The notes beneath the pieces were generated by a model. The model was not told the origin of the DNA. It did no database searches and saw only the letters and a list, made by a program, of their open reading frames with translations. DNA of 64,000 bases from an uncultured Planctomycetota bacterium (GTDB lineage Bacteria > Planctomycetota > Planctomycetia > Isosphaerales > Isosphaeraceae). Made by a program: the position numbers and the translations under genes. Shown one piece after another: positions 42,909 through 54,338 of this stretch (its first letter is position 1; each line of letters opens with the position of its first letter). The stretch covers positions 384,001-448,000 of the forward strand of contig CAWJTV010000005.1 in assembly GCA_963845755.1 (NCBI GenBank). Direction: 5' to 3'.

Positions 42909-43946
42909 ATGCGAACGACCTGCCTCAGCATGCTGGTGGTCGTCCTGTCGGATCTCGGCGCGCCGGCCTATGCGTCCGACTACGCGGTCGGGGCCGACTT
43001 GTCGTTCCTGAAGCAGGCCGAGGACCGCGGCACCGTCTTCAAGGACGAGGGGAAGGCCCGGCCTGCCCTCCAGATCTTCAAGGATCACGGATACAACTGG
43101 GTGCGCCTGCGGCTGTTCCACTCGCCGAAGTCGCTTCCCAACAACCGCGACTACACGATCGCGCTGGCCAGGGCCGCCCGGGAGCAGGGGTTCCGGTTCT
43201 TGCTCGACTTCCATTACTCCGACACCTGGGCCGACCCGGGGAAGCAGTTCACACCCGCGGCCTGGAAGGGCAAGTCGCACGAGGAGCTGGTGCGAGCGGT
43301 CTTCGAGTACACACGCGACACCATCGCCGCGTTCCGCGCGGCGGGCGTGCCGCCCGACATGGTGCAGGTCGGCAACGAGGTCATCAATGGCATGCTCTGG
43401 CCCGACGGCGGACTTCCCGCGCGCTGGGACAATTTCGCCGACCTGGTGAAGGCCGGGATCCGGGGAGTCGAGGCGGGCCGTGGTGACGGCCCGCGCCCGA
43501 GGATCATGATCCACATCGACCGCGGCGCCGATCGGCGCGGCACCAAGGCGTTCTTCGACCGGCTGAATTCGTACCACGTCGACTACGACGTGATCGGCCA
43601 GTCGTACTACCCCTGGTGGCACGGCAGCCTGCTTGACCTGCGCGAGAACCTCGCCTTCATGTCCAGCGCGTACCAGAAGGAGATCCTCCTCGTGGAAGTG
43701 GCCTACTGCTGGCGTCCCACCGAGTATCGCAAGCGGCCCGGCCCGTTCCCCGAAACCCCCGAAGGCCAGCGTGCGTTCCTCGACGAGGTGAACCGGCTGG
43801 TGCTCGCTACGCCTGGAGGCCGCGGCATCGGCGTCTTCTGGTGGGAACCGGCCGTCGTCGGCCCGTTGCGGAGCCGCGGCTACTTCGACGACGACGGCGA
43901 CGCCCTGCCGGTTCACCAGGTATTCGATCGCTTCACCCGGAGGTGA
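42909..43946 (+). CDS. GH53 endo-beta-1,4-galactanase
   Basis: GADLS, NWVRLR, DFHYSDTWADPGKQ, MVQVGNE, SYYPWWHG and WWEP; signal peptide. Confidence 0.92.
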   Translation: MRTTCLSMLVVVLSDLGAPAYASDYAVGADLSFLKQAEDRGTVFKDEGKARPALQIFKDHGYNWVRLRLFHSPKSLPNNRDYTIALARAAREQGFRFLLDFHYSDTWADPGKQFTPAAWKGKSHEELVRAVFEYTRDTIAAFRAAGVPPDMVQVGNEVINGMLWPDGGLPARWDNFADLVKAGIRGVEAGRGDGPRPRIMIHIDRGADRRGTKAFFDRLNSYHVDYDVIGQSYYPWWHGSLLDLRENLAFMSSAYQKEILLVEVAYCWRPTEYRKRPGPFPETPEGQRAFLDEVNRLVLATPGGRGIGVFWWEPAVVGPLRSRGYFDDDGDALPVHQVFDRFTRR

Positions 43947-44311
43947 GCGGCAGATGCCGGATCGTCGGGAGGAGCCGCCATTGCAGGCAGTGTGGTAAGC
44001 GCGGCTCGCCTGCACGTTCCCCATGGGGTCGCGCCGACGGCTGTCGGGTCGAACATAATCGGCGTTATCAATCGGTTGTGGCATTGGACTGGTAGCCGCA
44101 TACTCTCACAGTTGCATCGCGCTTCATGACATCCCAAGCTCCTTTCGGGACGTCGCGAGGAATCAAGACTTCTGAGTTTTCGCTACCGGGCGGGCTAGCG
44201 CGAATCCTCCGTGGCTCCATTCCCCGGGTTTTCCCTGGTTCTCGACGGCTCGCAGGAGAGGCGTGCTCCCGGAACCGAACGATCGGGCCGGTCGATACGG
44301 AGACTGTCGTG

Positions 44312-45454
44312 ATGATTCAAGAGTGGCACGAGCATGTCAAGGAGGCGTATTCGTCCAGCCTCGGGCGGCCCCGAGGCGAGCTGGCCACGCCGGCCCTGAT
44401 CCTGGATCTCGATCTGGCCCGGCGCAACCTCCAGTTCATGGCCGAGAGGATGAAGACGTTCCCTGCGGGGCTCCGCCCTCATATCAAGGTTCATAAATGC
44501 GCCGAGCTCTCCCGGATGCAGGTCCAGGCCGGGGCCATCGGCGTCTGCACGGCCACGGTCTGGGAGGCGATCGTCATGAGCCGTGCCGGCATCGAGGACG
44601 TCTTGATTGCCAACCAGGTCGTCGGCGGCGACAAGATTCGGGCCCTGGCCAGCCGGCAGGGCCGCCTGACCGTGGCCGTGGATGATCCGCGCAACTGCGA
44701 CGAGCTCGACCGCGCGGTCCAGGCGGCCGGGAGCCGGCTCGAGGTCCTGATCGAGGTGGACGTGGGCATGAAGAGAGGCGGCGTGCGCTCGGCAGGCGAG
44801 GCTGTGGCGCTGGCGCATCACCTGACCCGGCTCCCGGGCCTCCGTTTCCGCGGCGTCCAGGGATATGAAGGGCATTGCATGCTGGAACCGGACCGGGACG
44901 TGCGGATCGCCAAGACCCGGCAGGCTATCGACGACCTGGACGCCGTCGTGGAGACCTTGCGCCGGGCGGGCTTCCCGAGTGAGGTCGTCTCCATGGGCGG
45001 CACCGGGACCTACGACATCACGGGCGCCGATCCTCGCGTCACCGAGATTCAAGCCGGTTCCTATATCTTCATGGATATGTTCCACGGGAACCTCGTACCC
45101 GGGTTCTCCCGCGCACTGACCGTGCTCGGCACGGTGGTCGCCCAGCACGACCGCACGATCGTGCTCGACGCCGGACGCAAGTCCATCGGCATCGACCTCG
45201 CCCTCCCGACCATGGTCCCCTATCCCTTCTACCAGGCCCGCTACTTCGCCGAAGAGCACGCGCTGTTTGATGTGGATGAACGCTGCCGGCTCGAGCTCGG
45301 CGGGACCGTCGAGCTGGTGCCGGGATATGCCCCGAGCACGGTCAACCTGTACGACGCGTATCATGTCGTGGAGGGCGGCGTGGTGACGGAGATCTGGCCC
45401 GTGATCCCGCGAGGACCCGGGCACGTGGGAATTCTTGCCGGAGCATCCCGATGA
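44312..45454 (+). CDS. DSD1/D-threonine-aldolase-like PLP enzyme (alanine racemase fold)
   Basis: TPALILD, LRPHIKVHK, GYEGH, GGTGT, EIQAGSYIFMD and EEH. Confidence 0.88.
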   Translation: MIQEWHEHVKEAYSSSLGRPRGELATPALILDLDLARRNLQFMAERMKTFPAGLRPHIKVHKCAELSRMQVQAGAIGVCTATVWEAIVMSRAGIEDVLIANQVVGGDKIRALASRQGRLTVAVDDPRNCDELDRAVQAAGSRLEVLIEVDVGMKRGGVRSAGEAVALAHHLTRLPGLRFRGVQGYEGHCMLEPDRDVRIAKTRQAIDDLDAVVETLRRAGFPSEVVSMGGTGTYDITGADPRVTEIQAGSYIFMDMFHGNLVPGFSRALTVLGTVVAQHDRTIVLDAGRKSIGIDLALPTMVPYPFYQARYFAEEHALFDVDERCRLELGGTVELVPGYAPSTVNLYDAYHVVEGGVVTEIWPVIPRGPGHVGILAGASR

Positions 45455-46401
45455 AGACGTTGACATTGCCGAAGCCGGTTTCCGCCCGGGAGTTCGAGCA
45501 GCTCTTCCGGGAACTCTCCAACTGGGGCCGCTGGGGCGAGGACGACGAGCGCGGCACGCTCAATTACATCAGGCCGGAGCACGTCAAGACTGCGGCCGGG
45601 CTCGTCCGCACCGGACGCAGCGTCTCCCTCTCGCTGCCGATCAACACGGTTGCAGGCCCCGACAACCCCCGCCCGGCGCTCCATTACATGATCCACCGTC
45701 ATGAGTCGGACCTGTCCGACGGTCCCCCGCGGTTCGCCACCGACTTCCTCGCCAGCGAGTTCCACGGCGACAGCTTCACGCACATCGATGCGCTCTGCCA
45801 CGTCAGCTATCAGGGGACCCTCTACAATGGCAAGCCAATCTCGAGCGTGACCGGGCGGGGGGCGCAGTTGCAGGATATCACTGCCTTCGCACACGGGATC
45901 GCGGGCCGCGGCGTGCTCCTGGACTTCCCTCGCCTGCGCGGGGTCCCCTGGCTGGAACCGGGCGAGGCCGTGACGCCACAAGAACTCGAAGCCGCCGAGA
46001 AGGCCCAGGGCGTCACGCTGGGCGAGGGGGATATCCTCCTCTTCCGCACCGGCCATCACCGGCGGCGCCTGGAATTGGGCCCCTGGAACAACGGTTATGG
46101 CGGCGAAGGAAAAGCGGGCCTTCACGTCTCGGCGCTGCGAACGCTCCACGAACGCGAGGTGGCGGTGTTCCTCCCCGATGGCGATGGGGAGACCGTCCCG
46201 TCCCGGGTCGAGGGGATCGCGTATCCCATCCACATCCTCCAGATCGTGGCCATGGGGATGGTCTGTGCGGATAGCCTCCAGTTCGAGGAGCTGGTCACGG
46301 TCTGCGAGCAGGAGCAGCGCTGGGAGTTCATGGTCGTGGCCTGTCCGCTCCGCTTGCCCGGGGGCACGGGGTCGCTCTTCAACCCCATCGCGATCTTCTG
46401 A
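45451..46401 (+). CDS. Cyclase family (kynurenine formamidase-like) metallohydrolase
   Basis: NWGRWGEDDERGTLN, HGDSFTHIDALCH, GRGVLLD and GTGSLFNPIA; ATGA overlap with the upstream gene. Confidence 0.9.
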   Translation: MKTLTLPKPVSAREFEQLFRELSNWGRWGEDDERGTLNYIRPEHVKTAAGLVRTGRSVSLSLPINTVAGPDNPRPALHYMIHRHESDLSDGPPRFATDFLASEFHGDSFTHIDALCHVSYQGTLYNGKPISSVTGRGAQLQDITAFAHGIAGRGVLLDFPRLRGVPWLEPGEAVTPQELEAAEKAQGVTLGEGDILLFRTGHHRRRLELGPWNNGYGGEGKAGLHVSALRTLHEREVAVFLPDGDGETVPSRVEGIAYPIHILQIVAMGMVCADSLQFEELVTVCEQEQRWEFMVVACPLRLPGGTGSLFNPIAIF

Positions 46402-46466
46402 GCCGCTCGGCCCGAGGGATCGCCTGAGAGAGGATCGATCGGCGATATCCGACTCCGGGCCGCCGG

Positions 46467-47237
46467 TCATTGGCTCATGATGTCGCCGCCGGTGACGAGC
46501 AAGTGCTCGCCGGTGAGGAAATCCGACAAATGGGAGGCCAGGAACAGGGCGACTCGGGCCACATCCTCGGGCTCCCCGACCCTCTTCAAAGCGGCCATCT
46601 CGGCCCAGGCCTCCAGGCTGTTCTCCTTCTGCCGGGTCGCCTTGAGGAAGCGTTCGGTCATGGGCGTCTTGATGGCGCCGGGGCAGATCGCGTTGCAATA
46701 GACCCCATGTCGCCCCAGCTCCTTGGCGATGACCCGGGTTAACCCAATGATCGCCGACTTGGACGCGCAATAGGCGGCCGCGCCCTCGGGTGTCGGCGCC
46801 ACGCCGGAGTCCGAGGCGATGTTGATGATCTTCCCGCCGCCTTGCCGCACCATGATCCGGGCCACGGCCTGTGAGAGCAGGAACGTCCCTTTGACGTTGA
46901 CGGTCTGGTGCCGGTCCCACATCTCCTCGCTGGTCTCGAGGAACGGCACCCATTCCTGCACCCCGGCATTATTCACCAGGACGTCGATCCGGTCGAACTC
47001 CTCCTCGATAACCGCGACGACGGCCCGGATCTCCGCTCCGTCCGCCACATCCAACCGGTAGGACCGCGTCGTCCCACCCGTCTTCTGGTGGATCTCCGCG
47101 GCGGTTTCGCCCACCTTCTGCTCCTGGATGTCCGTGAGGACGACGACGGCCCCTTCCACGGCAAGAGTCGTGGCGATTCCCTCGCCGATCCCTTGGGCCG
47201 CGCCCGTGACGAGCGCGACCTTTCCTTCGAGCAACAT
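46467..47237 (-). CDS. SDR family oxidoreductase
   Basis: TGAAQGIG, NNAG and YCASK. Confidence 0.9.
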   Translation of the reverse strand: MLLEGKVALVTGAAQGIGEGIATTLAVEGAVVVLTDIQEQKVGETAAEIHQKTGGTTRSYRLDVADGAEIRAVVAVIEEEFDRIDVLVNNAGVQEWVPFLETSEEMWDRHQTVNVKGTFLLSQAVARIMVRQGGGKIINIASDSGVAPTPEGAAAYCASKSAIIGLTRVIAKELGRHGVYCNAICPGAIKTPMTERFLKATRQKENSLEAWAEMAALKRVGEPEDVARVALFLASHLSDFLTGEHLLVTGGDIMSQ

Positions 47238-47619
47238 GAGTCACCTCCTGAGTCTCGGGACCCCTCTCGCGCCGCGGTGTGTCCCCCACATCTCGGCCGC
47301 TGACTCCGAGTTTAGGGCCTGCAACCGCAAGAGACAAATCGGATCGTTCCATTCGTCCTTGAATGCCAGTGCTCTGGGATCTCCCCGTGACGGACATCCA
47401 CCCCAGCGGCTGCGAGCTGGGATGGGGCCTCACCGGAGGAAGAAACCGTCTTGTCGTCGGCTCGGACACTTGACATCGGATCGAAATCGCCTCTAAGATC
47501 ACGTCCCGACTCTCGCGGCGGAGCCTCTCAGCAGGGATCATGCGGGAGCCTTCTGTAGACTCCTCTCGCATCGTTCAGCCGCGAGCATCCGTGGCGAATC
47601 AGCCGGCCCATCCGGGCCC

Positions 47620-49135
47620 ATGGTCGCACAGGCATCCCGCACCGAAATCCTTGTCCTGGCAGCCATCCCATGGACCCCCCGACCGCCCGATGCCAAACCC
47701 GAAGCGACCGGTCCAGAGACGCTAACGATAGCCTCTCAGGTTGGACTCCACCTCGGCGCCCTCAGGCTCCCCGAGATCGTGATGCAAGGCATCGCCCATA
47801 CGGCGCCTGCGACGGCCGTCCTGCTCACCCTGCCGTTCATCGCGTCCCACGCCGGCCTGGCCGCTCCCCTGGCCTACCTCATCGCCCTCCTGATCGTGCT
47901 GATGCTCGGCTTCGGGCTCTCGCAACTGGCCGGAGAAATGCCCTCCGCTGGGGGCTACTACACCTACGTGAGCCGGACCGTGGGCCCCCGCGCCGGTTTC
48001 CTGACCGCCTGGCTGTTCTTCCTCTATGCACCGACAACCCCGGCGTTCAGCCTGGCGATGATGGGCTGGGTGCTCGAGTCGGCCCTGAAGGCCGAGTATG
48101 GAATGTCGTTCCCGTGGTGGCTGTTCCTCATCCTCGGGGCGTCATTTACAACCTGGGCGACCTACCGCCGGATCGAGGTCTCGGCCGCGGCGCTGATGGC
48201 CCTTGGCTTTCTGGAAACGGGCATCGTCGTCCTGCTGGCCGGTTGGGGCCTGATCGCTCCCGGCCTGGGAGGCATCAGCCTCGCCTCGTTCAGCCCGGCG
48301 AGCGCGCCGAGCGGCAACGGACTCTACCTGGGCGTCATCTTCTCGCTCTTCGCCCTGACCGGCTGGGAGGGGGTCGTCCCGCTGGCCGAGGAGAGTGAGA
48401 ACCCCCGCCTCCTGCTGCCGCGAGCGATCGTGAGCACGATCGTAATCATGGGGGCTTACCTGGTCTTCACCTCGTGGGGAATCCTGATCGGCTGGGGTAC
48501 GGACGACCTCGGGGCTCTGGTCGCGTCCAAGGAGCTGCCCCCCTTCGTTCTGGCGCGGCGATTCTGGGGAGCCGGTTGGGTCGTCTTGTTGTTCGCTCTG
48601 CTCAACTCGATGATTGCGGTCTCCATCGCCAGCAGCCTCGTCTCGACCCGGATGTGGTACGCGATGGCGAGGTCCGGGGCGCGTACCGAAGTCGCTGGCG
48701 GCAATTCATCCCTGGCACAAGACGCCGGTCAACGCCGTGTCGTTCCAGGCGCTCGTGACCCTCATAGGCGGACTGGGGCTCGGCTACTGGGTCGGCCCGG
48801 ACCAAGTCTTCTACCTGATGGGAACAGTCTTGACCCTCGCACTGGCTCTCATCTACAGCGTCGGAAACCTCGGCGTGTTCCTCCATTATCGGAGGCATCG
48901 GGCCAGTTTTCGCGGGATCCCGCATGCGCTCTTCCCACTGATCTCAACACTCGCGGTCCTCTGGGTCGCCTACAAGTCGATCGTCCCACTCCCGCCTGGA
49001 CCACTGGCATATGCCCCCGCAATCGTCACCGTCTGGCTGCTCGCCGGTGTCACCGTCCTGATCGTCTCCAAGGGACTCGGTCGAGAGGATTGGCTGCTCG
49101 CAGCCGGGGCAGCCGCCCGTCAGACGGCGGAGTAG
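47620..49135 (+). CDS. APC-family amino acid permease, frameshift ~48680
   Basis: IAHTAP, PSAGGYYTYV, GWEG...LAEESENPR and STRMWYAMARSG, continuing in ORF 48614 as PKSLAAIHPWHKTP. Start position uncertain. Confidence 0.85.
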
Positions 49136-49723
49136 TCGCACGGCTGATCCTGTTCAGCTCGGCCCCTACAGGTGTTGACGATGGGCTAGGGCGGAGGCCG
49201 TCCATCCGACGTGGTAATCCAGAACTCCGGAGGAGAAATCCAGGAAGTGGCTCGCCCTTGTCCGGCTCATCGAAAGCGGGCGGACGAGATTTCACTGCCC
49301 CGCCATCCAGGACAGTCCGAGGAAACGTCTTTCACACAGGTCCTGACCCAACATTCGTGTACCGAGCGGCAAAGCAGCGAGCCCAAAGCTGTGCAGGTCA
49401 GACACCGTCACGGGCGGCACAGCCGCTGCGTTTGAACGCGGTTGAAACATAATCAAACGCATTATCGGACTCGCCGATGTCTGCCCAATACCCAACGCCA
49501 TGAGTGATCCGGCAGTCTCCTCCTCAGCCTGGCGTTCCACCGGACTTGCCCAAGGGCGATGGGATGACCGCTATCCCGATCCTGGCTGGTGTCTGCGCAA
49601 GCGACACTCCGCCGAGTCCTCCTGCTTAATTCCTCCGAAATTCAAGTTATAAATCAATGTGGATGGCATTAACCCTGCCAGGCCACACATCGCGATCCTT
49701 TTCTCACCATCGGAGGAATCATT

Positions 49724-50092
49724 TTGTCTCACATCGTGACCGTCAAGACCGAGGTCCGCGACCATGCCGCGGTCGCGGCGGCCTGCCGCCGGCTCGCACT
49801 GCCCGGGCCGGTCCAGGGCACCGCCCATCTTTACAGCGTCCATGTCGGCGGGCTGCTCGTCCACCTGCCCGACTGGCTCTACCCGGTCGTGATCGACACG
49901 GCCACGGGCAGCATCCGCTATGACAACTATGAAGGCTGCTGGGGCGACAAGAAGCATCTCCATCACTTTCTGCAAGCCTACGTCGTCGAGAGGTCTCTCA
50001 TCGAGGCCCGCAAGAAGAGCTACGTGACCACCGAGCAGTCCCTGGCCGACGGTTCCATCATGGTCGAGATCAAGGTGGGAGGCTCGGCATGA
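49724..50092 (+). CDS. DUF1257 (Ycf35-like) protein
   Basis: MSHIVTVKTEVRD..A...AC.RL, DNYEG.WG, FLQAY and EQSLADGSI; GGAGG RBS with TTG start. Confidence 0.75.
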   Translation: MSHIVTVKTEVRDHAAVAAACRRLALPGPVQGTAHLYSVHVGGLLVHLPDWLYPVVIDTATGSIRYDNYEGCWGDKKHLHHFLQAYVVERSLIEARKKSYVTTEQSLADGSIMVEIKVGGSA

Positions 50093-50283
50093 AGAAGATC
50101 ATCCGCGTGATCGTCGGCCCCAAGGGCGAGACGAGAGTTGAGACGAAGGGCTTCACGGGTGGTGAGTGCCGCGAGGCCAGCCGGTTCATCGAACAGGCCC
50201 TGGGTCAGCCGGTCAATGAGCAGCTCACGGCCGAGTTCTACCAGTCACAGGCCACCGACCAGCAGATCCAGCAGTCGCAGTGA
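50089..50283 (+). CDS. DUF2997 protein
   Basis: GETRVETKGFTGGECREASRFIEQALG...LTAEFY. Confidence 0.85.
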   Translation: MKKIIRVIVGPKGETRVETKGFTGGECREASRFIEQALGQPVNEQLTAEFYQSQATDQQIQQSQ

Positions 50284-50322
50284 TCTCGGCATCCCCCATG
50301 GTCTCGTTCGAGGAGATGCGCG

Positions 50323-50715
50323 ATGTTCGACACCTGCGAACAGACCCCCGAGTTTGCGCTGATCGAGGCCATTGCCGCGGCCCTGCGTGAGGAGTTGGGC
50401 ATTGAGATCGAGGACCAGCCCGGCTTCCACGATCCCTCCGAGGCCGGCGAGGTCAACAGGGCATTCCGGGTCATGGTCAAGACCATCCTCCGGAAATGCC
50501 TCCCACCGGGCGAGGATCTGCCGGTGTTCCCGAGCCGGGTCCTCGGGCGCCTCGCACGGCGACGGCTTGAAGCAGGTCTGCTCGACGCCCGCGAGGTCGA
50601 GCACCTGATCGGCCTGGAACTGGATGGCCGCGATGACTGGCTCGCCTCTCTGATCCTGACCGACTGGACTGAAATCGAGCATCTCCTGCAAACCCGCGGG
50701 CCCGACCATGATTGA
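50323..50715 (+). CDS. Hypothetical protein
   Basis: GAGGAG RBS, acidic 130-aa ORF in the operon orientation. Confidence 0.6.
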   Translation: MFDTCEQTPEFALIEAIAAALREELGIEIEDQPGFHDPSEAGEVNRAFRVMVKTILRKCLPPGEDLPVFPSRVLGRLARRRLEAGLLDAREVEHLIGLELDGRDDWLASLILTDWTEIEHLLQTRGPDHD

Positions 50716-50775
50716 TCCGGCCCCCTGACTGACCTCTTCCCCAACCCGATCCGACACCATCACGAGGAGGACCTC

Positions 50776-52268
50776 ATGACGCTTGCCGAGCGTTTGGCTG
50801 AGTTCGTGCGCACCGCCTTCACCGGCCTGTGGATCCAGTCGTTCGAGCACGACGACGCGATCGCCGAGATCGCCCGGCTCTGCCGCCAGCAACGCTGGGC
50901 GTTGGCGACCTGGGACATCGATCGCGGCCTTTCCATGGCCGGTCGGTCCGAGGATTCCGCCAGCGTCATCAATGCCACCGATCCGCTGGCCGCCATCCGC
51001 TCGCTGGGGGCGATGGCCAATCCCGACGGCACGTCGTTGCTCGTCCTTCGGAACTTCAACCGGTTCCTCAACAACATCGAGGTCGTCCAGGCCCTCGACT
51101 CGGCGATCTCCGCCGGCAAGACCGGGCGGACGTTCGTCGTCGTCCTCTCGCCCGTGGTCAACATCCCCGTCGAGCTAGAGCGGCAGTTCGTCGTGATCGA
51201 GCACGACCTGCCCGGCTGCGACCAGCTCGAGCGGATTGCCAGTGGCATCGCCACCGATCCCGGCGAGCTGCCCGAGGGCGATGCACTCACGGCCGTGCTG
51301 GATGCAGCGGCGGGCCTGACCCGCGTCGAGGCCGAGAATGCGCTCAGTCTGTCCCTGGTTCGGCATAACCGGATCACGCCGGATGTGCTCTGGGAGCTCA
51401 AGGGCCAGACGCTCAAGAAGAGCGGACTGCTGGCCTTGCATCGGGGCGGCGAAACCTTCGCCGACCTGAGCGGGCTGCAGGCCCTCAAGTCGTTCTGCAC
51501 TCGCCGCCCTGCGGCCGGGCCGACGCGCCGACGTCCAGGCTCGGGGCGTGCTCCTCCTGGGCCCTCCAGGGTCCGGCAAATCGGCCTGTGCCAAGGCTCT
51601 TGGCAACGAAACCGGCCGTCCCACCCTCTTGATGGACGTCGGCACGCTCATGGGTTCCTTGATCGGCCAGACCGAGGAACGGACGCGACAGGCCCTGAAG
51701 ATTGCCGACGCGATGGCGCCGTGCGTCATCATGATCGACGAGCTGGACAAGGCGCTCTCCGGCGTCGGCAGCACCGGCGACAGCGGCGTGTCCACCCGGA
51801 TGTTCGGGACGCTCCTGACCTACCTGAGCGACCACGACTCCGACGTCTTCATCGTCGCCTCGGCCAATGATATCTCGAAGCTGCCGCCCGAGTTCGCGCG
51901 CCGAGCGGTTCGACGGCGTCTTCTTCCTGGACCTGCCGGGCCAGAGCGAGCGGCAGACGATCTGGCAGATGTACATTCGCAAGTTCGGGCTCGATCCCGG
52001 CCAGCGCCTTCCCCAGGATCGCGAGTGGACCGGCGCGGAGATCCGATCGTGCTGTCGCCTGGCGGCCCAGCTGGACGTCCCATTGACCGAGGCCGCCTCG
52101 AACATCGTCCCGGTTGCGGTGACGGCCGGCGAGGCCGTGGAGAAGCTCCGGCAGTGGGCCAGCGGGCGGTGCCTGTCGGCCGAGCGGCCGGGGATCTACG
52201 CGCGCGAGGGCAACGGGATTCCCCAATCGGGGCGCAGCGTTCATCGCGGCGATCCCCGCGATAACTGA
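50776..52268 (+). CDS. Ycf46-like AAA+ ATPase (frameshifts ~51510 and ~51900)
   Basis: Degenerate N-terminal AAA domain (LLVLRNFNRFL), Walker A GPPGSGKS, Walker B IMIDELDK, ASANDISKLPPEF, RAERFD..FFLDLP and WTGAEI. Confidence 0.85.
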
Positions 52269-52407
52269 AGGGGAACGCCGGACGGGCGGATCGGTTCTGG
52301 GCACTGCCATGTGTCGTGCCTGGGATCGGTCGCTACGCGGCCACTCTGGAAGATGAAGCACTCGATCACCATCCCCTACCCACCACCGAACCACCGGAGA
52401 ACCTCGC

Positions 52408-52674
52408 TTGAGTATCCCCTACCGGATCGCCCTGGAGATCCCGGGTGAACCCCGGGAGGCCCCGACCACCGTCACGAGCTTCGAACAGGGCGTGGCGGCC
52501 TGCGTTGCTTATGCCCGTCAGCATCCGGGCGTCCCGGTGCGCATGTTCGTGCAGGTCGATGAGACGACCCTGTTCGATCATCATTACGCCGTGTTCGAGG
52601 TCAAGGTGCCGACGCTGGAGCCGTTCACGCGGGCCGGGATCCGGCGCCGGTTCGGCGAGGAGCCGCCGGTCTGA
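52408..52674 (+). CDS. Hypothetical protein
   Basis: GGAG RBS with TTG start; 88 aa. Confidence 0.55.
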   Translation: MSIPYRIALEIPGEPREAPTTVTSFEQGVAACVAYARQHPGVPVRMFVQVDETTLFDHHYAVFEVKVPTLEPFTRAGIRRRFGEEPPV

Positions 52675-52752
52675 GCCGGGATGCCGGTCCCCGTGGTCCG
52701 GCGGGAGAATTCCACTCCCGACCCGGACCGGCTCGACTTTCAGGAAACCCTC

Positions 52753-53229
52753 ATGAGAAACCCATCCGAGCTGTCGCGTGCGGAGCTCGAATCGATCGCC
52801 GAGCAGATCCGGGACATCCTCTGGCGCGACCACCGCACCAACGAGCTTGATCCGGACAAGGAATGGAACATCGAGACGATCGAGTACGTCTCGGGCGTGC
52901 TCGAGGATGCCGGGCTCAAGCCTGGGGCCCCGGCGGTACTCCAGGCCGATTCCGGACCTGTTGCGGCCGATGCTTCCGCCGAATCGACCAGTCATGAGCC
53001 GGCCCGTGATGATCACGAGACATCGCCGGTGGCCGCGATGCGGTCTGCCCTGGACGCCATCATCGACACGATCGAGGCCAGTGGTGGCGGCATCCGCGGC
53101 GAGGACGGACTGCTGTCGCCGGAGGGTGATCCCGACTGGATCGACCTGGGCGAAGCCTACGTCCTGGCCTGCACCGCGATCGGCCGAACTCCCCTGATCA
53201 TCGAGACAGGGGAGAGCGAACAAGCCTGA
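52753..53229 (+). CDS. Hypothetical acidic protein, apparently two small domains
   Basis: LDPDKEW..ETIEYVSGVL domain, a linker, then a DPDWIDLGEAY domain. Confidence 0.6.
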   Translation: MRNPSELSRAELESIAEQIRDILWRDHRTNELDPDKEWNIETIEYVSGVLEDAGLKPGAPAVLQADSGPVAADASAESTSHEPARDDHETSPVAAMRSALDAIIDTIEASGGGIRGEDGLLSPEGDPDWIDLGEAYVLACTAIGRTPLIIETGESEQA

Positions 53230-53294
53230 TGTCTTGCGGCGTGCGGAAGGAAGCGTTTCGGCATTCGAATCACCGACTCTCTTGAAGGAGAACC

Positions 53295-53735
53295 ATGCTC
53301 GTCATCCATCCCGAGAGCCACGTCAACCACGTCTCGGCGTGCCTCATCGAGGCCGCGACGTTGAGGTTCGCTGAGGTGACCAACCCCGACCGGCGGATCA
53401 TCATCGAGACCTTCGAACTGCCGGAAGAGGCAGGGACGGTCGCGTGTGCCTTGTACGGCCCGGCCCTGGGCGATCCGTCGCTGTGCGAGGACGAGGTCCA
53501 GTACCGGGTCCGCCCCGGACGCTCCTGGCCCAGCCGGACGGTGGCTCGCCCGGTCCGCCAGACCCGGACCCTGACCGTAATCGCCGGACCGAACAGCGGC
53601 GAGGACCTGGTCCTGTTCACCTGCCATGGCGGGCCGGCGGCCCCGCCGGAAGTCAATGATCCCAACCTCGAGCCGGCCGATCGGGCGGCGTCGCTCGCGT
53701 TCTGGAACGACCACGCCCTGGCCCTGGAGGCATGA
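53295..53735 (+). CDS. Hypothetical phage-like protein
   Basis: AAGGAG RBS; CALYGP..GD, RSWPSR, LFTCHGGPAAPPE and FWNDHAL. Confidence 0.65.
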   Translation: MLVIHPESHVNHVSACLIEAATLRFAEVTNPDRRIIIETFELPEEAGTVACALYGPALGDPSLCEDEVQYRVRPGRSWPSRTVARPVRQTRTLTVIAGPNSGEDLVLFTCHGGPAAPPEVNDPNLEPADRAASLAFWNDHALALEA

Positions 53736-54314
53736 TCGCGATGAAGACCGCGGCGGAACTCTGCGAGGGCTTGCTCTCCTGCGCCGGGCAACACGGCGAC
53801 GCCGAGGGCAGCGAGGTGCAGCTCGGCGATATCGAGGACTTCTTCCGCGCCGCGTTCGATCGGCTCACACCGGAGCAACTCGGCCGGTTCTGGGACGATC
53901 CTCGAGTCGCCGGGACCGTCCGGGAGATCCCGGAATACGAGGAACTGGCAGGAGAGGTCTATTACCGTGACCGGCCATCGGAGCCGACGGTCCGGGAGGC
54001 CAGCGATTTCCTGCCCCACACCAGGCCCGAGGCCGATCGGTCCACCGATCCAGTCGCGGATGATCAGAGGATCCCCGTGACCTTCACTCACGTCGAACAG
54101 GATGGCGACAAGACCTACCGGGCCGGCGGCCTCTATCTGAGCCTGGGAGGCGGCCCGGGCATCGGCCACGTGGCCATGCGCAGTCGATCCCGGCGGCCGG
54201 AAATGGGCGACCACTTACTATGCAGCCGCGGGCTGGCTCGTCGCCCAGGGCCTGCCGCACGACCGCGCCGCCTACCTGGTCGCCTGCGCGATCCAGACGC
54301 GCGACCAAACCTGA
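53732..54314 (+). CDS. Hypothetical protein, probable frameshift ~54180
   Basis: ATGA overlap; an alternative frame continues AVDPGGRKWATTYYAAAGWLVAQG to TGA at 54314. Confidence 0.5.
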
Positions 54315-54338
54315 CCCTCGCCACGAAAGGGAAACCTG

